A stretch of 51,903 bases of DNA, filler included, from Stramenopiles sp. TOSAG23-2 (taxonomy: Eukaryota): assembly GCA_900128395.1 (NCBI GenBank). It is 3 parts of 3 records of this genome, joined end to end, with 100 filler letters (N's around TTAATTAATTAA, not from the genome) between each part and the next. Parts side by side here need not be neighbours in the genome. Positions count along the whole stretch, not along the records: positions 17,366 to 34,604 come from LT649654.1; positions 34,705 to 51,903 come from LT649655.1; 1 more part is not named here. One strand, given 5' to 3'. Each line of letters starts with the position of its first letter. Positions within the stretch are counted from its first letter, which is position 1. A model generated the notes under the pieces. It was not told the DNA's origin, did not search any database, and saw only the letters and a program-made list of their open reading frames with translations. Positions 32,772 to 44,572 of this stretch are shown piece by piece. Both the position numbers and the translations under genes were made by a program.

Positions 32772-33990
32772 TCACTGATACGAACTTTTACGACGAATAA
32801 ACTCGTTCCCTTTACCATCTTGATTATCCTCCATGTAACGTTTCCGTTTTCCAATAATATATGAAGTTGGACCTAATGATGCATCATTATCATTATTGTT
32901 GTCATATTTATTACTGATATTATTATTATTATCTGTTACCGATGATGTATTGCTTAGATATTGCAATCCAAAAGTTTTACCATTATTATTAGGAACGTTG
33001 CTACCGCGTTGATTTACATTGTTATTTGTATTTGCATTATTATTATTATTATTTACTAGTTGTATCATTGAATCATCATCATTTCCACTACTATCATCAC
33101 TATCACTACTTGATGAATCAAGTCTTTTATTTTTTTTATTTTGTTTCTTCAACTTTTTCTTTTCCTTTTTCCGTCTCTTCTTTTCTTTCTTTTTTTGAAT
33201 CATCATCATTTCCACTACTATCATCACTATCACTACTTGATGAATCAAGTCTTTTATTTTTTTTATTTTGTTTCTTCAACTTTTTCTTTTCCTTTTTCCG
33301 TCTCTTCTTTTCTTTCTTTTTTTCTTTCTTCTTTTTCTTTTCCTCTTTTCGTTTTTTCTTCATCTCCTTCTTTAATAGTTTCGCTTTTCTTTCTTCCATT
33401 TCTTTCTTCGCACGTTCACGTCTTAATTTTTCCATAATAACCGGGTTTGACAAGATCTCGCGACGTTTTGATTCTTTATTTGACATAATTGCAAATAATG
33501 GATCCTCATGTTTACGCCTAAAAGATTCGTTTTTTTCATTAATCGGTTTGTCTTGTATGAAGCGAGCGCCAGGCACAGCTTTTGTTGATGATCCAGCAGT
33601 AGAAGAGCCACGGCCATCCATGGTAGGAACCATGTCTTTTAACGTTTTTTGTTGTACTATTTCACTTATTGATTTTTTACCTAATAAAAATTGTTCTATT
33701 TCTTCTTTGTCATTTGGACCATTATTATTATTATTATCATCGTCATCATCTCGTTTATTTGCAGCATCATTATACATCCATTCCAATCGCCTCGATTGCA
33801 CTTTACCACCATTTGCCTCTTGCATTTTCCTATATTCCATTGCCTGCCGTTCCTCTTCTATTTGTTTTTTTAATTCTAACATTTTTTTCTCCTCATCTCG
33901 TTTTTCTTTTTCCACTCTAGCAACTTTTTGTACATTTTTTAAATTCTTCGGGTGCCAACTTTTCTTGGCTAAAAAGGACAATCCAGACAT
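32772..33990 (-). CDS. CWC25: Pre-mRNA splicing factor CWC25; frameshifted by a 127-nt duplication
   Basis: LSFLAKKSWHPKNLKN (CIR N-term), RLEWMY, EQFLLGK, HEDPLFAI and ILSNPV. Collapsing the repeat at 33069/33196 joins it to ORF 32772-33248. Confidence 0.88.
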
Positions 33991-34519
33991 GATGATTGAT
34001 ACGAAATTGTCTATAAAGTGGATGGGTATAGTTGTATATATATATATATATATGCTAAATTGCCGTCTTGTTGATATTAATATATTATTGTATTGATGTT
34101 GTATTCTGATCTCTCTATGTATTATATTATCTCTTATAAATATATATATACATTATGATATATATTAGTGCATTCCATCCAGGCATTATTATTAGAATTA
34201 TAGTATAGGCGATCGAGAAGAAGAAGATTAGTAGAGGCAGAGAGATGATGATGATTTTATTTTTTAGTGATTATTTTAGGAGCGGCACATCATGGATGTA
34301 TTATTAATTATGTGCTTATGTATATTTATTATACAATAGCTGGATAGCTATTGAATACACTCCTAGAGTACAATGTATTCCTATTAGCCAGGTTAGCATT
34401 ATTACACCAGGTAATAATGCCGTAGCATGAAATGAGAATCATCTCCTTAATTTCAATATAAATATATATATTATTCACTTTCAAAACATCTTATAATCTA
34501 CATCGTACCTGAAGAGATA

Positions 34520-34604
34520 GAAGAAAAAACGAAAAGAGGAAAAGAAAAAGAAGAAAGAAAAAAAGAAGGAAAAGAAGAGACGGAAAAAGGAAAAGAAAAA
34601 GTTG
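34520..34604 (+). repeat. Inverted copy of an internal CWC25 segment (33277-33361) at the contig end
   Basis: Reverse-complement match with one mismatch. Confidence 0.85.
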
Positions 34605-34704
34605 NNNNNNNNNNNNNNNNNNNNNNNNNNNNNNNNNNNNNNNNNNNNTTAATTAATTAANNNNNNNNNNNNNNNNNNNNNNNNNNNNNNNNNNNNNNNN
34701 NNNN
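34605..34704. other. Artificial contig spacer
   Basis: N-run, TTAATTAATTAA, N-run. Confidence 0.97.
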
Positions 34705-34705
34705 T

Positions 34706-34789
34706 GCACTTTTACGTTCAAAAGGTGGAAAAGCAAATTGTCATGATGAAAATGGTAGATATGTAGGAGAAGGTAATGGTGATATTTAA
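34706..34789 (+). CDS. 3' end of a gene truncated by the contig edge (possibly an ankyrin-repeat terminus)
   Basis: Open frame ALLRSKGGKANCHDENGRYVGEGNGDI*. LLRxxG resembles an ankyrin repeat end. Confidence 0.35.
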   Translation, partial: ALLRSKGGKANCHDENGRYVGEGNGDI

Positions 34790-34929
34790 ATTAAATATTT
34801 TTTATTTTAAAAATAAAACAACACAAAAATATACGCTTCGTACGAGTACCGCTTATGATATAATTTCATAAAACCCTATACACACCCTACCAGGTATGTG
34901 ATCATATATGTGATCAAAAAAAGAATTTT

Positions 34930-37266
34930 TTACTGTGACGACGACTCAAAAACATGAATTGATCTACTACCATCAATATCCATCCAAATTCTTTCCCCAT
35001 AAATATAATTTTCTTCTTTGACAGGAATAATTATAACTTTTTCTTCACTGCTATCACCATCCAAATCAACTGTTCTTCTTCTTATTATATGATGCTTAAT
35101 TTCTGTTTGTCCAAAAAATTGAAGTCCAATTCTACCTATAACATCTTTTTCGATACAACTTGTTGTATCAATTGAAATTGTAATGTTGTTTTTGTTGCTA
35201 TTATTTTGTTCATTTTTCCATGCAACGTTTACAATACCAACATTCTCTAATGCCAAACTTCCATTTACAAACGTTATTCCAGTATGTAATATTTGTGGTG
35301 CGACGTGGTAATGGTATTGTTTATTATTATTATTGATGCTGACATCATCAAGAGGTGAAGATGGTTGAATACCAAGTAAGTGAAAGCTTAATGCACTTGC
35401 TGGGCCAGTCGCCCAACCATGTGCATGGGACATGTAAATGCCATCGAAAGCAAATTGCCCACTAGCTTGAAAACCTTCCCAAAAAGTAGATCTAGTAGAA
35501 TTCGGGGAGTGCAACATATATCCCCATGTCCGTTTAATTAAATCAATACCATCTTTTGCCGTGCTGCTATTATTATCATGAATCACTTGATCTGTTGCTA
35601 AACGTGCAAGTACTTCCATTGAAGATGGAAAAGTACCAATAGCACGAGTTTTTCCTTGATATCTCCATTCCGGACTTACACTTCCAATTTCATTCCAATT
35701 GGATTTTAAATTATTCAAAATTCGTATTTTGTCGGTATTTTCATTAGTTACGTTAAACCATACAGCCATCGAATTTCCATCTTGTGGATAAATGGTAGAT
35801 GTTGGATTATCTTTATATGCACCTAATGTTTCATTCCATAAATATGTATTTATTGCATTTTTTAATTTAATACTATGTTCTTCAAATTCATTTGCAGCTT
35901 TCATATCAGCCATATTGTGTGCATATTTAATACCATCACACAATACATGATACAATAAAGCATTTGCAGCTACATTTCTTCCACCTTGACCTTCCCTCTG
36001 CCAATCAGCAGTTTTATCTACATTAAATAAATATGTTGTCGCATCAATTTTTGATATTGAATGTAACAATGCAAATTTATATTGTTTATAAAGCTTTGCA
36101 AAGATGTTAGATTGTACCGATGCTGCTGAGGAAGAATAAAATTTGTATGCATCATATGTCCCTTTTAATGTCCATAAATGGTACATATCCGAATTCCATG
36201 CACCTTTCCCAGGATCACATGTTTGATTATATGGTTTTAAACAAAATACCATTGGTCCGACATATGGCAATTGACCAGTTTCTTCATTTTGGTATAAATA
36301 TAATGTACCCAATGAATTGATACTCGTTTCTCCATTTGCATCTCCAAGTGTAGCATATAATGTAGAAATACTAATGCCCATATCGCCAGGCCAAATCGTA
36401 CGATCACGTTTTGCTCCATCTACTAAAATACTTTTTCCCATTCCAATTAAATTATTATTATTCCATCCACCATGTTGAGGTGGTGGCCATGCTCTTCCAT
36501 GATTTGGATCAATTAAACACATTTGTATGGTATAAGCACTTGCATACCAGATTTGATTTAGTAAATCATCACTTGAATAAAAATGATTCAAATAATTATT
36601 TGGTGTAGATCCCATACTTGGTGCAGCTGTGAAGAATAAGTCAACATCAATAATTTCAACTTCTTCCTTATCGTCATTAATGTTTTCAAGAAACACATTT
36701 AAATATCTAAATCCACCTCTTAAATGAGTATCCTTCATTGTAAATTTAGTATTTGTTTCTATTATGCCAGTAGAAATGTAACCATCTGGGGAATTACTTG
36801 GATTACTACCATTGGAATCATCACCAGAATATGCTTGAGCGTTTTCACTATTATTATTATTATTATTACTTTTTTCTTCAACTTTACAATGTGTATTAAT
36901 TGCTTGTGACGGACATGTTGCATAATTACTGGATTCAGAAAATGTTAAACCTAAGCTTATTCCATTTAATGAAGAAGATGAAACTTGTCCAAATGATAAA
37001 GTAATTATTCCTCCAACTTCTTTTCCAAAATCAAATAGAAAATATGTCATATTATTTTTAGTTGAAAGCGTTATTTTATTATTATTAGTAGTATTATCTC
37101 CTCCTCCATTAATAGGTTTCACGTTGCGAGAATGGGGTGCAAAATTATATTTATCCCATGGTTTTGAAGTGGTTGAAACGACAACAGTAATGCTTAATAA
37201 TAATACATATAATAATACAATTATCATATTGTATTTCATGATGATGGTATTATTATACGATTTCAT
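34930..37266 (-). CDS. Secreted alpha-L-rhamnosidase (GH78)
   Basis: Signal peptide. DFGKEVGG, LRGGFRY, LLNQIWYASAYT, LVDGAKRDRTIWPGD, YPQDGNS, TFWEG and SHAHGWATGP motifs. Confidence 0.9.
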   Translation of the reverse strand: MKSYNNTIIMKYNMIIVLLYVLLLSITVVVSTTSKPWDKYNFAPHSRNVKPINGGGDNTTNNNKITLSTKNNMTYFLFDFGKEVGGIITLSFGQVSSSSLNGISLGLTFSESSNYATCPSQAINTHCKVEEKSNNNNNNSENAQAYSGDDSNGSNPSNSPDGYISTGIIETNTKFTMKDTHLRGGFRYLNVFLENINDDKEEVEIIDVDLFFTAAPSMGSTPNNYLNHFYSSDDLLNQIWYASAYTIQMCLIDPNHGRAWPPPQHGGWNNNNLIGMGKSILVDGAKRDRTIWPGDMGISISTLYATLGDANGETSINSLGTLYLYQNEETGQLPYVGPMVFCLKPYNQTCDPGKGAWNSDMYHLWTLKGTYDAYKFYSSSAASVQSNIFAKLYKQYKFALLHSISKIDATTYLFNVDKTADWQREGQGGRNVAANALLYHVLCDGIKYAHNMADMKAANEFEEHSIKLKNAINTYLWNETLGAYKDNPTSTIYPQDGNSMAVWFNVTNENTDKIRILNNLKSNWNEIGSVSPEWRYQGKTRAIGTFPSSMEVLARLATDQVIHDNNSSTAKDGIDLIKRTWGYMLHSPNSTRSTFWEGFQASGQFAFDGIYMSHAHGWATGPASALSFHLLGIQPSSPLDDVSINNNNKQYHYHVAPQILHTGITFVNGSLALENVGIVNVAWKNEQNNSNKNNITISIDTTSCIEKDVIGRIGLQFFGQTEIKHHIIRRRTVDLDGDSSEEKVIIIPVKEENYIYGERIWMDIDGSRSIHVFESSSQ

Positions 37267-37820
37267 TCTTTATATAAAGTATGAATGATTTCAGATTTTT
37301 TGTTTTACGGTTGATTTCATTCGTTCTTTATACATATGAGATGAATGATTTCAAACAACAAACAAAATTTGTCCGAGACAGATGATTGAATTTTACGATC
37401 GTCGACGAAATATGTTTTTTTAATTATAAAAAAAAGATACCGCTTTTTCCAAACTTCTTTGCACTTCTTTGCACTCCATTATACCAGATATTGTGCACTC
37501 GCTATATATGGAGCTATAAGCTATTATAGCAATTTATAGATACGAGGAGCTAAAATGCCCATATTTATTCGATTTTTTCAATAGTCGGTTGATATATAGG
37601 GTGATTCGGTCTTAAGTACAGATATTTCCTATTCTATAAGGGAATCTATGATTATTCGAAGTCTTTTTTTTTGACAAACACTTTTATATATATTTATATA
37701 TACCAAGGAAAGAACGTAGAAAGGGAAAGTGGCACGACGAATACCGTAAAGAATAGAGAGAGATATACATTACCAAACTTCCAATAGAACGATATATTCG
37801 AAACCAAGTACTTACACAAC

Positions 37821-39260
37821 ATGACATCCTCCCATTCAGCGTTTTTAAGAGACCAATTGTTAAATATCAATGTAGAAGCATTTTCAGAAGGTGGATTTGT
37901 TAATGATATTAGTGAATACGTAGCAGGGATGGAATATGATGCTGGTTTGGAATATTTAATGGCAGTATCAGGAGAAGAATCCCCTACTAAATTTATTTCT
38001 GTGTTGAAACAATTAGAAAGACGCAAGAATGGTGGATCGAATACAAATAATAACAAGAAACCTCCTGCTCCACAAGCAAAGACTGTATTTTGGGGTCCAA
38101 CACAACCAATTAATAATAATAATGACAACAACAATAATAAAAAGAAAAAGAAAAAAAATTCTCGTGGTAAATCTATTCTTTCAACGAGTATGAAAAAAAA
38201 TTATAATAATAATAAGAATGTAGATAATAATACATCATCATCGACAACAAGAAATACATCATCATCCTCCAATAAATCGAATTCTTCTGGAAGGGTAAAA
38301 GGTGATTATAGCGATTATTTTAAAGGTAAAACAATGAACATGAAAAAAACAAACAACAAAAATGACAATGATGATGAAAAACAACAAACTCGTGGATCAA
38401 ATTATACAAATTGTGCTTTATGTGGCTCAATTATTTGGTATAATTTACCCGAGCAAAGAATTTGTAATTCAAAGTTACACCCAGAATGTGAGAATCGTCC
38501 GATTGACTCCGTAGATCCACGTACAGGTTTAATTGATTTTGATTATGGTGGAAAACGTCTATCAAATAAAAACAAAAAGAAAAAAGAACAAGCATTAGAA
38601 AACGATCCAGAAACTAAAAAATATTTAGATGGATATGCAACAGCATTTGAACAAAAGGAACGATTGGTTCATTTCGATAAAGAAGTAGCAGCAAGATCTA
38701 GAGTATTTGATGATCAAAATGATTATTTCCAAGATTCTAATGATAGATGGCTTTCACAAGCAGAAAGAGATTTAGCACGTAGAAAAGCAGAAGCAATTCG
38801 AGAAAAGAAAACCATGAAACGTATAAATGTACAGATCAGTTTCGATATTGCAGGTAGGCGAGTAATGTCATATAATGAGGACGACAATGATAATGATACT
38901 AATAATATGCAAAAAAACAATAATAATAATATGCATAGCAAAAATATGACGACATTATTATCATCTAATATGAATCCAACAAAGAAATCCTCAGATGGTA
39001 GTAGAAAAAACAAGTTTGGTATAGAAAAAGATGTTTTAGAACAAAACGAAGGGACAGGGTTACATCAAAATGTTTTATTTGGACGTGCTGGTGAAATTTA
39101 TAAACGAATACAGACATCACTTTTATATGATGATGATGGTACAGAAGCGGAGGAGGACGATAAAACTAGAAGTAAGAAGAAAAAAGCGTTGAATTTGCCT
39201 CGGAAAAACCGCCGTGTTATCATCAATCCAGAAGAAGATTTTGATGATGATGAACCATAA
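37821..39260 (+). CDS. TRIP4: Activating signal cointegrator 1 / Rqt4-like protein
   Basis: NCALCGSII. KERLVHFDKEVAARSRVFDDQNDYF..WLSQAER. ISFDIAGRRV. No C-terminal ASCH domain. Confidence 0.8.
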   Translation: MTSSHSAFLRDQLLNINVEAFSEGGFVNDISEYVAGMEYDAGLEYLMAVSGEESPTKFISVLKQLERRKNGGSNTNNNKKPPAPQAKTVFWGPTQPINNNNDNNNNKKKKKKNSRGKSILSTSMKKNYNNNKNVDNNTSSSTTRNTSSSSNKSNSSGRVKGDYSDYFKGKTMNMKKTNNKNDNDDEKQQTRGSNYTNCALCGSIIWYNLPEQRICNSKLHPECENRPIDSVDPRTGLIDFDYGGKRLSNKNKKKKEQALENDPETKKYLDGYATAFEQKERLVHFDKEVAARSRVFDDQNDYFQDSNDRWLSQAERDLARRKAEAIREKKTMKRINVQISFDIAGRRVMSYNEDDNDNDTNNMQKNNNNNMHSKNMTTLLSSNMNPTKKSSDGSRKNKFGIEKDVLEQNEGTGLHQNVLFGRAGEIYKRIQTSLLYDDDGTEAEEDDKTRSKKKKALNLPRKNRRVIINPEEDFDDDEP

Positions 39261-39547
39261 GAAATCATATATTTGTAGATGTGCGTGGAATATGCGTGTA
39301 TATATTTTTTTAAATATTATAATATTAATACGAGAATGTGTACACACACACATTTTTAAAAGAATTTTACACAACGCTAACCATGTAAACGTATAAGTAC
39401 TCTCTATTCCTATACTCAAAAGGTAAGCTAAAATGTATTGCTCACATTATAATAATATTTGTGGTATTTACACATGTATATACCTATAACTATACTACTA
39501 TATTAATAAATATACATATACATATATATATACTTATGTATTCTCGA

Positions 39548-39754
39548 TTAGTGATGTCCGCCATCCGCATTTGCCTTTGCGTCTTGTTGCAATTGAATAT
39601 TTTTATCCCTCCAAGCTTGTAAGTCATCCCATCTGTCTCTTCCAATTTTTTTCGTTTCCCCATGATATAAATAATGAACACCATATTGTCCAGCACCAAT
39701 AGCAGCGATAGCGCCAACCATGATGATGAATGGAGGTAATGATTGCCAAGGCAT
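39548..39754 (-). CDS. NDUFA1: Complex I subunit MWFE
   Basis: 68 aa. MPWQSLPPFIIM + TM helix + KKIGRDRWD..WRD. Confidence 0.8.
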   Translation of the reverse strand: MPWQSLPPFIIMVGAIAAIGAGQYGVHYLYHGETKKIGRDRWDDLQAWRDKNIQLQQDAKANADGGHH

Positions 39755-40860
39755 AATGTAATAAAAACTATGTATATATATAAATACACAAACTATCCGT
39801 AAACTATATATATGGTATATATATATATGTACTATTTCTCTCTACCAACGATGTAACTAAATATATATATATTTATATTTGTAATGATGGATCTTCGTTA
39901 TTCATTTTTTATTATTATTTTTTTTTTGGATTTTGAAGAAACAACAACAGAAATCGTCCTTCTAATAGATCTAAACTGAAGTATAAAGTTCTGTAGTCTT
40001 ATATCCTTTGATGTGTGCATATACCGATTTTTCATCTGATGGGAGATCTCGGACTGTTCCCACTTTCTTATACTTGTTAGTATAATAACAGCACTACTAA
40101 CAAATATAAAATTTGGTGTTGTTGTGCCTTGAAAAAGAGAAAAATTTAGAAAAATTTAGAAAATTTCTTGTAAATTCCCTATTTCTTTTTTGGATTTATT
40201 GGATAACTTGGATACCTAGACTCCACCTGCCATGTAAATAGTAATAATATTGTAGCTTAAATACATATATTATAATTTTATATTCGGAAATTATTAGAAT
40301 TATGGCCAAACTGGATAAATAAATTGACACAATTGGCTAAGGCGGCTCTACTCTGTCTTTAAATATAAGTTAAGGTGCAAAAGCTACATCATGCTATCAA
40401 TGGCAAAAGCAGTTTAAAATATAATGCTGTGCCCATGTAATCCAGAAATTAATGGCCCATATTGCATATTAGCTTCTTTCCAGATTTCTAGAAAGCTGGA
40501 GAAAGCTCTGGAATAGATAGCATACAATACTGTAGACTACAAGTAATACAGTACAACAGAATGAACAAGAGCTGGGCAAGCGTAACACATCACCACAATC
40601 ATCACGGCAGAGTGATTTTTTGTTGGTAAAAAATATTATTATTTTTATGACCAATTTAAATTAATGGTATGTCCATGCTAATACCATACGACACAGATTG
40701 TGTTGCCTACATGTAAATCAAGTATATATGATGTATCAAGTAGTAGATGGATGTATATTGAAAGAGAGAGACACACACGGTAAGTGGATAATGTGAAAAA
40801 AGAATATCTCTACTGTTGTAGGCTAGAGCAAGACAATAATATAAATAAGATAAATACACA

Positions 40861-42315
40861 ATGAATATATTAGAAGCAAAACCAATGTCATTCATTACAG
40901 GATTAGGGCATTATCAAGGTATGGACGATAATGATGGTAATACTAATAGTGGTGGTGGTTCATCCCATAAAATTGTCGGTGGAGTTACGGAACACGTGTT
41001 ATGGGTTGTATTAACCATATTATATAGTTTGTTGTGTCTATTAGTTGTCGTGCAATTGTTAAGAATTATTGTCTATCGGCATAATGTCGTATCGTTCCAA
41101 GGTGGCTTCTTGTCATTAAGTTTGATATGGTCAGCGCTTCGCTTGCTCTTTTGGTTCAGTAATACGTTAGATTGGCCAGAATGGGTACAATTATTATGTT
41201 ATTGGTTGCCTGATTTATTACAGTTTGCTACGTTTGCTGATTTAGTTGTTTATTATTTAAAAATTGTTTACATACGACAATGGGACCGTATTCAATGCAA
41301 GGTATGGACTATATATATAACGGCGAATTTAACCGTCTCCGTCGCCTTGTCGGTGTGGCTTTATTTGTTTCAAATCGTATACAAAGGCCAAAGAGAGCGT
41401 GAAAATGACGTTGCATTTTATTATAGTATATTTTCTGGTATTACGTTTGGTGTATTAATGGTGTTTATTTCATATTATGGTTACAGGGTCTTTAAAATTA
41501 GATTGACCAGAAGAATGCGACTTCACCATCCATTTGCATCAACAACAGTTATGGTTGGTCTTACGTTTCTAGTTTTCATTGTATTTTTAACTCGTTGTAT
41601 TTATGGTTTTTTACAAGCATGTGGTGGCCATGCTATGTCAGATCCAGTTGGATCAAGACGCGAGCAATGGAAAACATTGCCACAAGCTGTTGATGTTGCA
41701 ACCTTTGTTCTATTAATACTATGGGAATTGTTGCCAACATTTGCGTTAGTTATGCTATTTCGACGTATACCAAAGACAAGTAATAATTTATGTACCATAT
41801 GGTGTGATAAAATAAGCGGTAGAAACAAAAGTTTAAATAATAGTTTTGATGAGACGTTTAATAATGCACGCACTGGCTTGTTAGAAAATGGAAATAATGG
41901 AAATTCGAAAAATAATTCATATGGTGCAAATGGTAGCCATAGCCATAGTGGTGATGATAAGACACATTTAAGAAATATGTCAACCATACCTTCCTCTGGC
42001 AATAGCAATGGATTTACATATAATGGCGGAGAATCGCCAAGAAATAAAAAATCAAATGCATCTTCGTTACTTGGTAGTGGCAACGATATATTTGATAATG
42101 AAAATCGTTACGATAGTGATGGTGAATCATCACCATATTCATTAAATACATATTCATTGACTCCGGGTACACCTTTGTTCTTGAATAATACATTAGGAGC
42201 TATGGGTGGACAATCTTTTAATGATAATGATAAACAAAATGAAACAATGCAACAAAATTTACAATCGCACACGTCTCCATATGATTTATTGCATGGAAAT
42301 TCTAGTCTTAGCTGA
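40861..42315 (+). CDS. 7-TM protein, GPR137/TOM1 (DUF1084)-like, copy 1
   Basis: Seven hydrophobic helices. SFQGGFL.L.LIWSALR, YWLPDLLQFATF, WELLPT..V..FR and FDNENRYDSD motifs. Confidence 0.85.
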   Translation: MNILEAKPMSFITGLGHYQGMDDNDGNTNSGGGSSHKIVGGVTEHVLWVVLTILYSLLCLLVVVQLLRIIVYRHNVVSFQGGFLSLSLIWSALRLLFWFSNTLDWPEWVQLLCYWLPDLLQFATFADLVVYYLKIVYIRQWDRIQCKVWTIYITANLTVSVALSVWLYLFQIVYKGQRERENDVAFYYSIFSGITFGVLMVFISYYGYRVFKIRLTRRMRLHHPFASTTVMVGLTFLVFIVFLTRCIYGFLQACGGHAMSDPVGSRREQWKTLPQAVDVATFVLLILWELLPTFALVMLFRRIPKTSNNLCTIWCDKISGRNKSLNNSFDETFNNARTGLLENGNNGNSKNNSYGANGSHSHSGDDKTHLRNMSTIPSSGNSNGFTYNGGESPRNKKSNASSLLGSGNDIFDNENRYDSDGESSPYSLNTYSLTPGTPLFLNNTLGAMGGQSFNDNDKQNETMQQNLQSHTSPYDLLHGNSSLS

Positions 42316-42780
42316 AGAATATGCGTGGGATATATGGAGCGAAAGAGTATTTATATTAATTTAAAATATTATTTTTTTTTCAAGTACATATCATATTAAT
42401 ATGTTTTATAAAATTAATGACGGGTGTTTAAAATAATTTAATTTACGCATAATGTGTTTAAAATATACGACCCGTCGTACGAATTCGTACGTACATAAAT
42501 ATTGAAATACGAACCGCAGGGGTCGTACATATATGTGCCATAATATATAATAATTGAATAAATACTCTCGTACGTCTCGTCGAACGAATTCAGTATTAAA
42601 AAAAGAGACATCTCTCTACCCCAGTAAACTTTCTATATTATACTTCGTATAGTACACGCGTGTATAATATTTTTATATTTTTTTAGAATATATTTTTTTT
42701 ATGCTTTATATAAAATAAAATATGCATAAAAGTTTGAAAAACACACACGCGCACACACACACACACACACACCACTTAAT

Positions 42781-44353
42781 CTATGCACCTGTAAATGCTG
42801 CATTACTACTACTCTCACTATTTTCATCCTTGGTCATTTGTCTTTCCATTTCCTTTGAAACTACATCTGTAAATCGTAAGAAATCACCAATTCTTATTCC
42901 TTCAGAATTGTCATCCGATGGATCGAAACGTTCTGTCGCACGCTTTATAATCTCTTCACTACTACCTAATCGTGTTGCAAAATCTGCTCCTTTTGGCAAT
43001 GCATTTTCTTTACCCCATGTTAAACGAATATCTTCTCTCCATGTCTCCCACTGATCATGCCATTTAGATGTGCCTTCATCAAAATGATTCAACATACCCG
43101 ATTGGATTTTAATACGCTTAACTTCCATTTCATTATCATGTTTTGCAACTGGTTGCTTTAGTTTATTTAGTTCTTCTTCCCCTTCTTTTGGTAAATCATA
43201 ATCCCTTTCAGTCGCTTGCATTGCATATGCATTTTTCATTCCTTGCATTGATTCTAATATTGCCGCATGTAATATTCGTTTGATTTCAATACGCATCATC
43301 AACGCTTGCTTTTGCTTTGATGTCAATTTGATGGGATTAGGGGAATTTTCATATGCTTCTGAAAAATAATACAAATCCTCTTCCAAAGATGTAGGGTATT
43401 TTCGCAATAATGATTCTGCTCCATGTAACAAGGAGGAGAATAAGTTAAATTCATTTTCCCCATTAATCGGTTCAGCTGGGTTAATTTCTTTGAAAGCTTT
43501 TGTTATTTTTCCTGCTTCCTCTTTTCGTTTCTTATCACTTTCAAGTTTTGCCTTTAACTCTTCCGGCGATAATGTAGGCTGTTGATTTTCTTCTCCCGCA
43601 CCAGCAAGTTTGCCTAAAGCGGATTTTTTTAAAATATCTTGCAATAATTTATTCATATCATTTTTTGGTTCTCCAGCACTGTTTTAAAATATCTTGCAAT
43701 AATTTATTCATATCATTTTTTGGTTCTCCAGCACTGTCATCAGAATTACCTTGTCCAGTAAGAGCATCCATACCTGGTATTGCTTTTCCTAATGCTTGTT
43801 TTATAGCATCTGCAATTATTGCATTCATATCGCCTGCTGGTGGTGGTGGTGAATTTGGTGCCCCATTACCAGCAGCAGCAGTATGTGCACTTCCTGCGAC
43901 ATTTGGAGGCAGTGGTGGTGGCATTTGCATACCTGGTGGTGGTGTAACACCAGCTGGAAATTGCATACCGGGTGGTGGTGGAGGAAATTGACTGGGTGGA
44001 ACATTATCAGGCGTACCACATGATCCTGAATCTGGCAAAACATCTTTTCTTGTTAATTCACGTATTCTCATCCCCTCAATAAATCGTGGTGATGGTTGCC
44101 CATCCAATGCAACATGTGTTTGCATATCAGCTTCTAGTTGCTGCCGTTTTAATAATGCCATTTTATCGTTTAACAACGCATCTTCCTGCTCCGTAGCTTG
44201 ATCAAGACCTAGTCCAAATCCAACTGTTTCATATGCATTATTTGGTAAAACGAAACCATATGTGACTAATAAATCAGGATTTGTCATAATCCCATAACTT
44301 ATAAATATTTCTTCTCCAGCTTTATAATCATTATCTGCATATATTTTTAAGAA
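42781..44353 (-). pseudogene. 5'-truncated duplicate of the SET-domain gene
   Basis: Begins mid-SET domain at the duplication junction. An internal 55-nt duplication frameshifts it. Probably an assembly product. Confidence 0.7.
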
Positions 44354-44572
44354 GACCAATTTAAATTAATGGTATGTCCATACTAATTATTAAACATACG
44401 ACACACACATTGCCTACATGTAAATCAACAAGAAGTATTTATATATGTATCAAGTAGTAGATGGATGTATGTTGAAAGAGAGACACACACGGTAAAGTGG
44501 AATGTGAAAAAAGAGAATCTCTACTGTCTGTAGGCTAGAGCAAGACAATAATATAAATAAGATAAATACACA

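Noticed and set aside
17266-34704. TTAATTAATTAA as a biological motif, or synteny across the gaps
   Set aside because: It is a synthetic six-frame-stop linker. The contigs have descending near-equal lengths (17265, 17240, 17199), indicating size-sorted concatenation.
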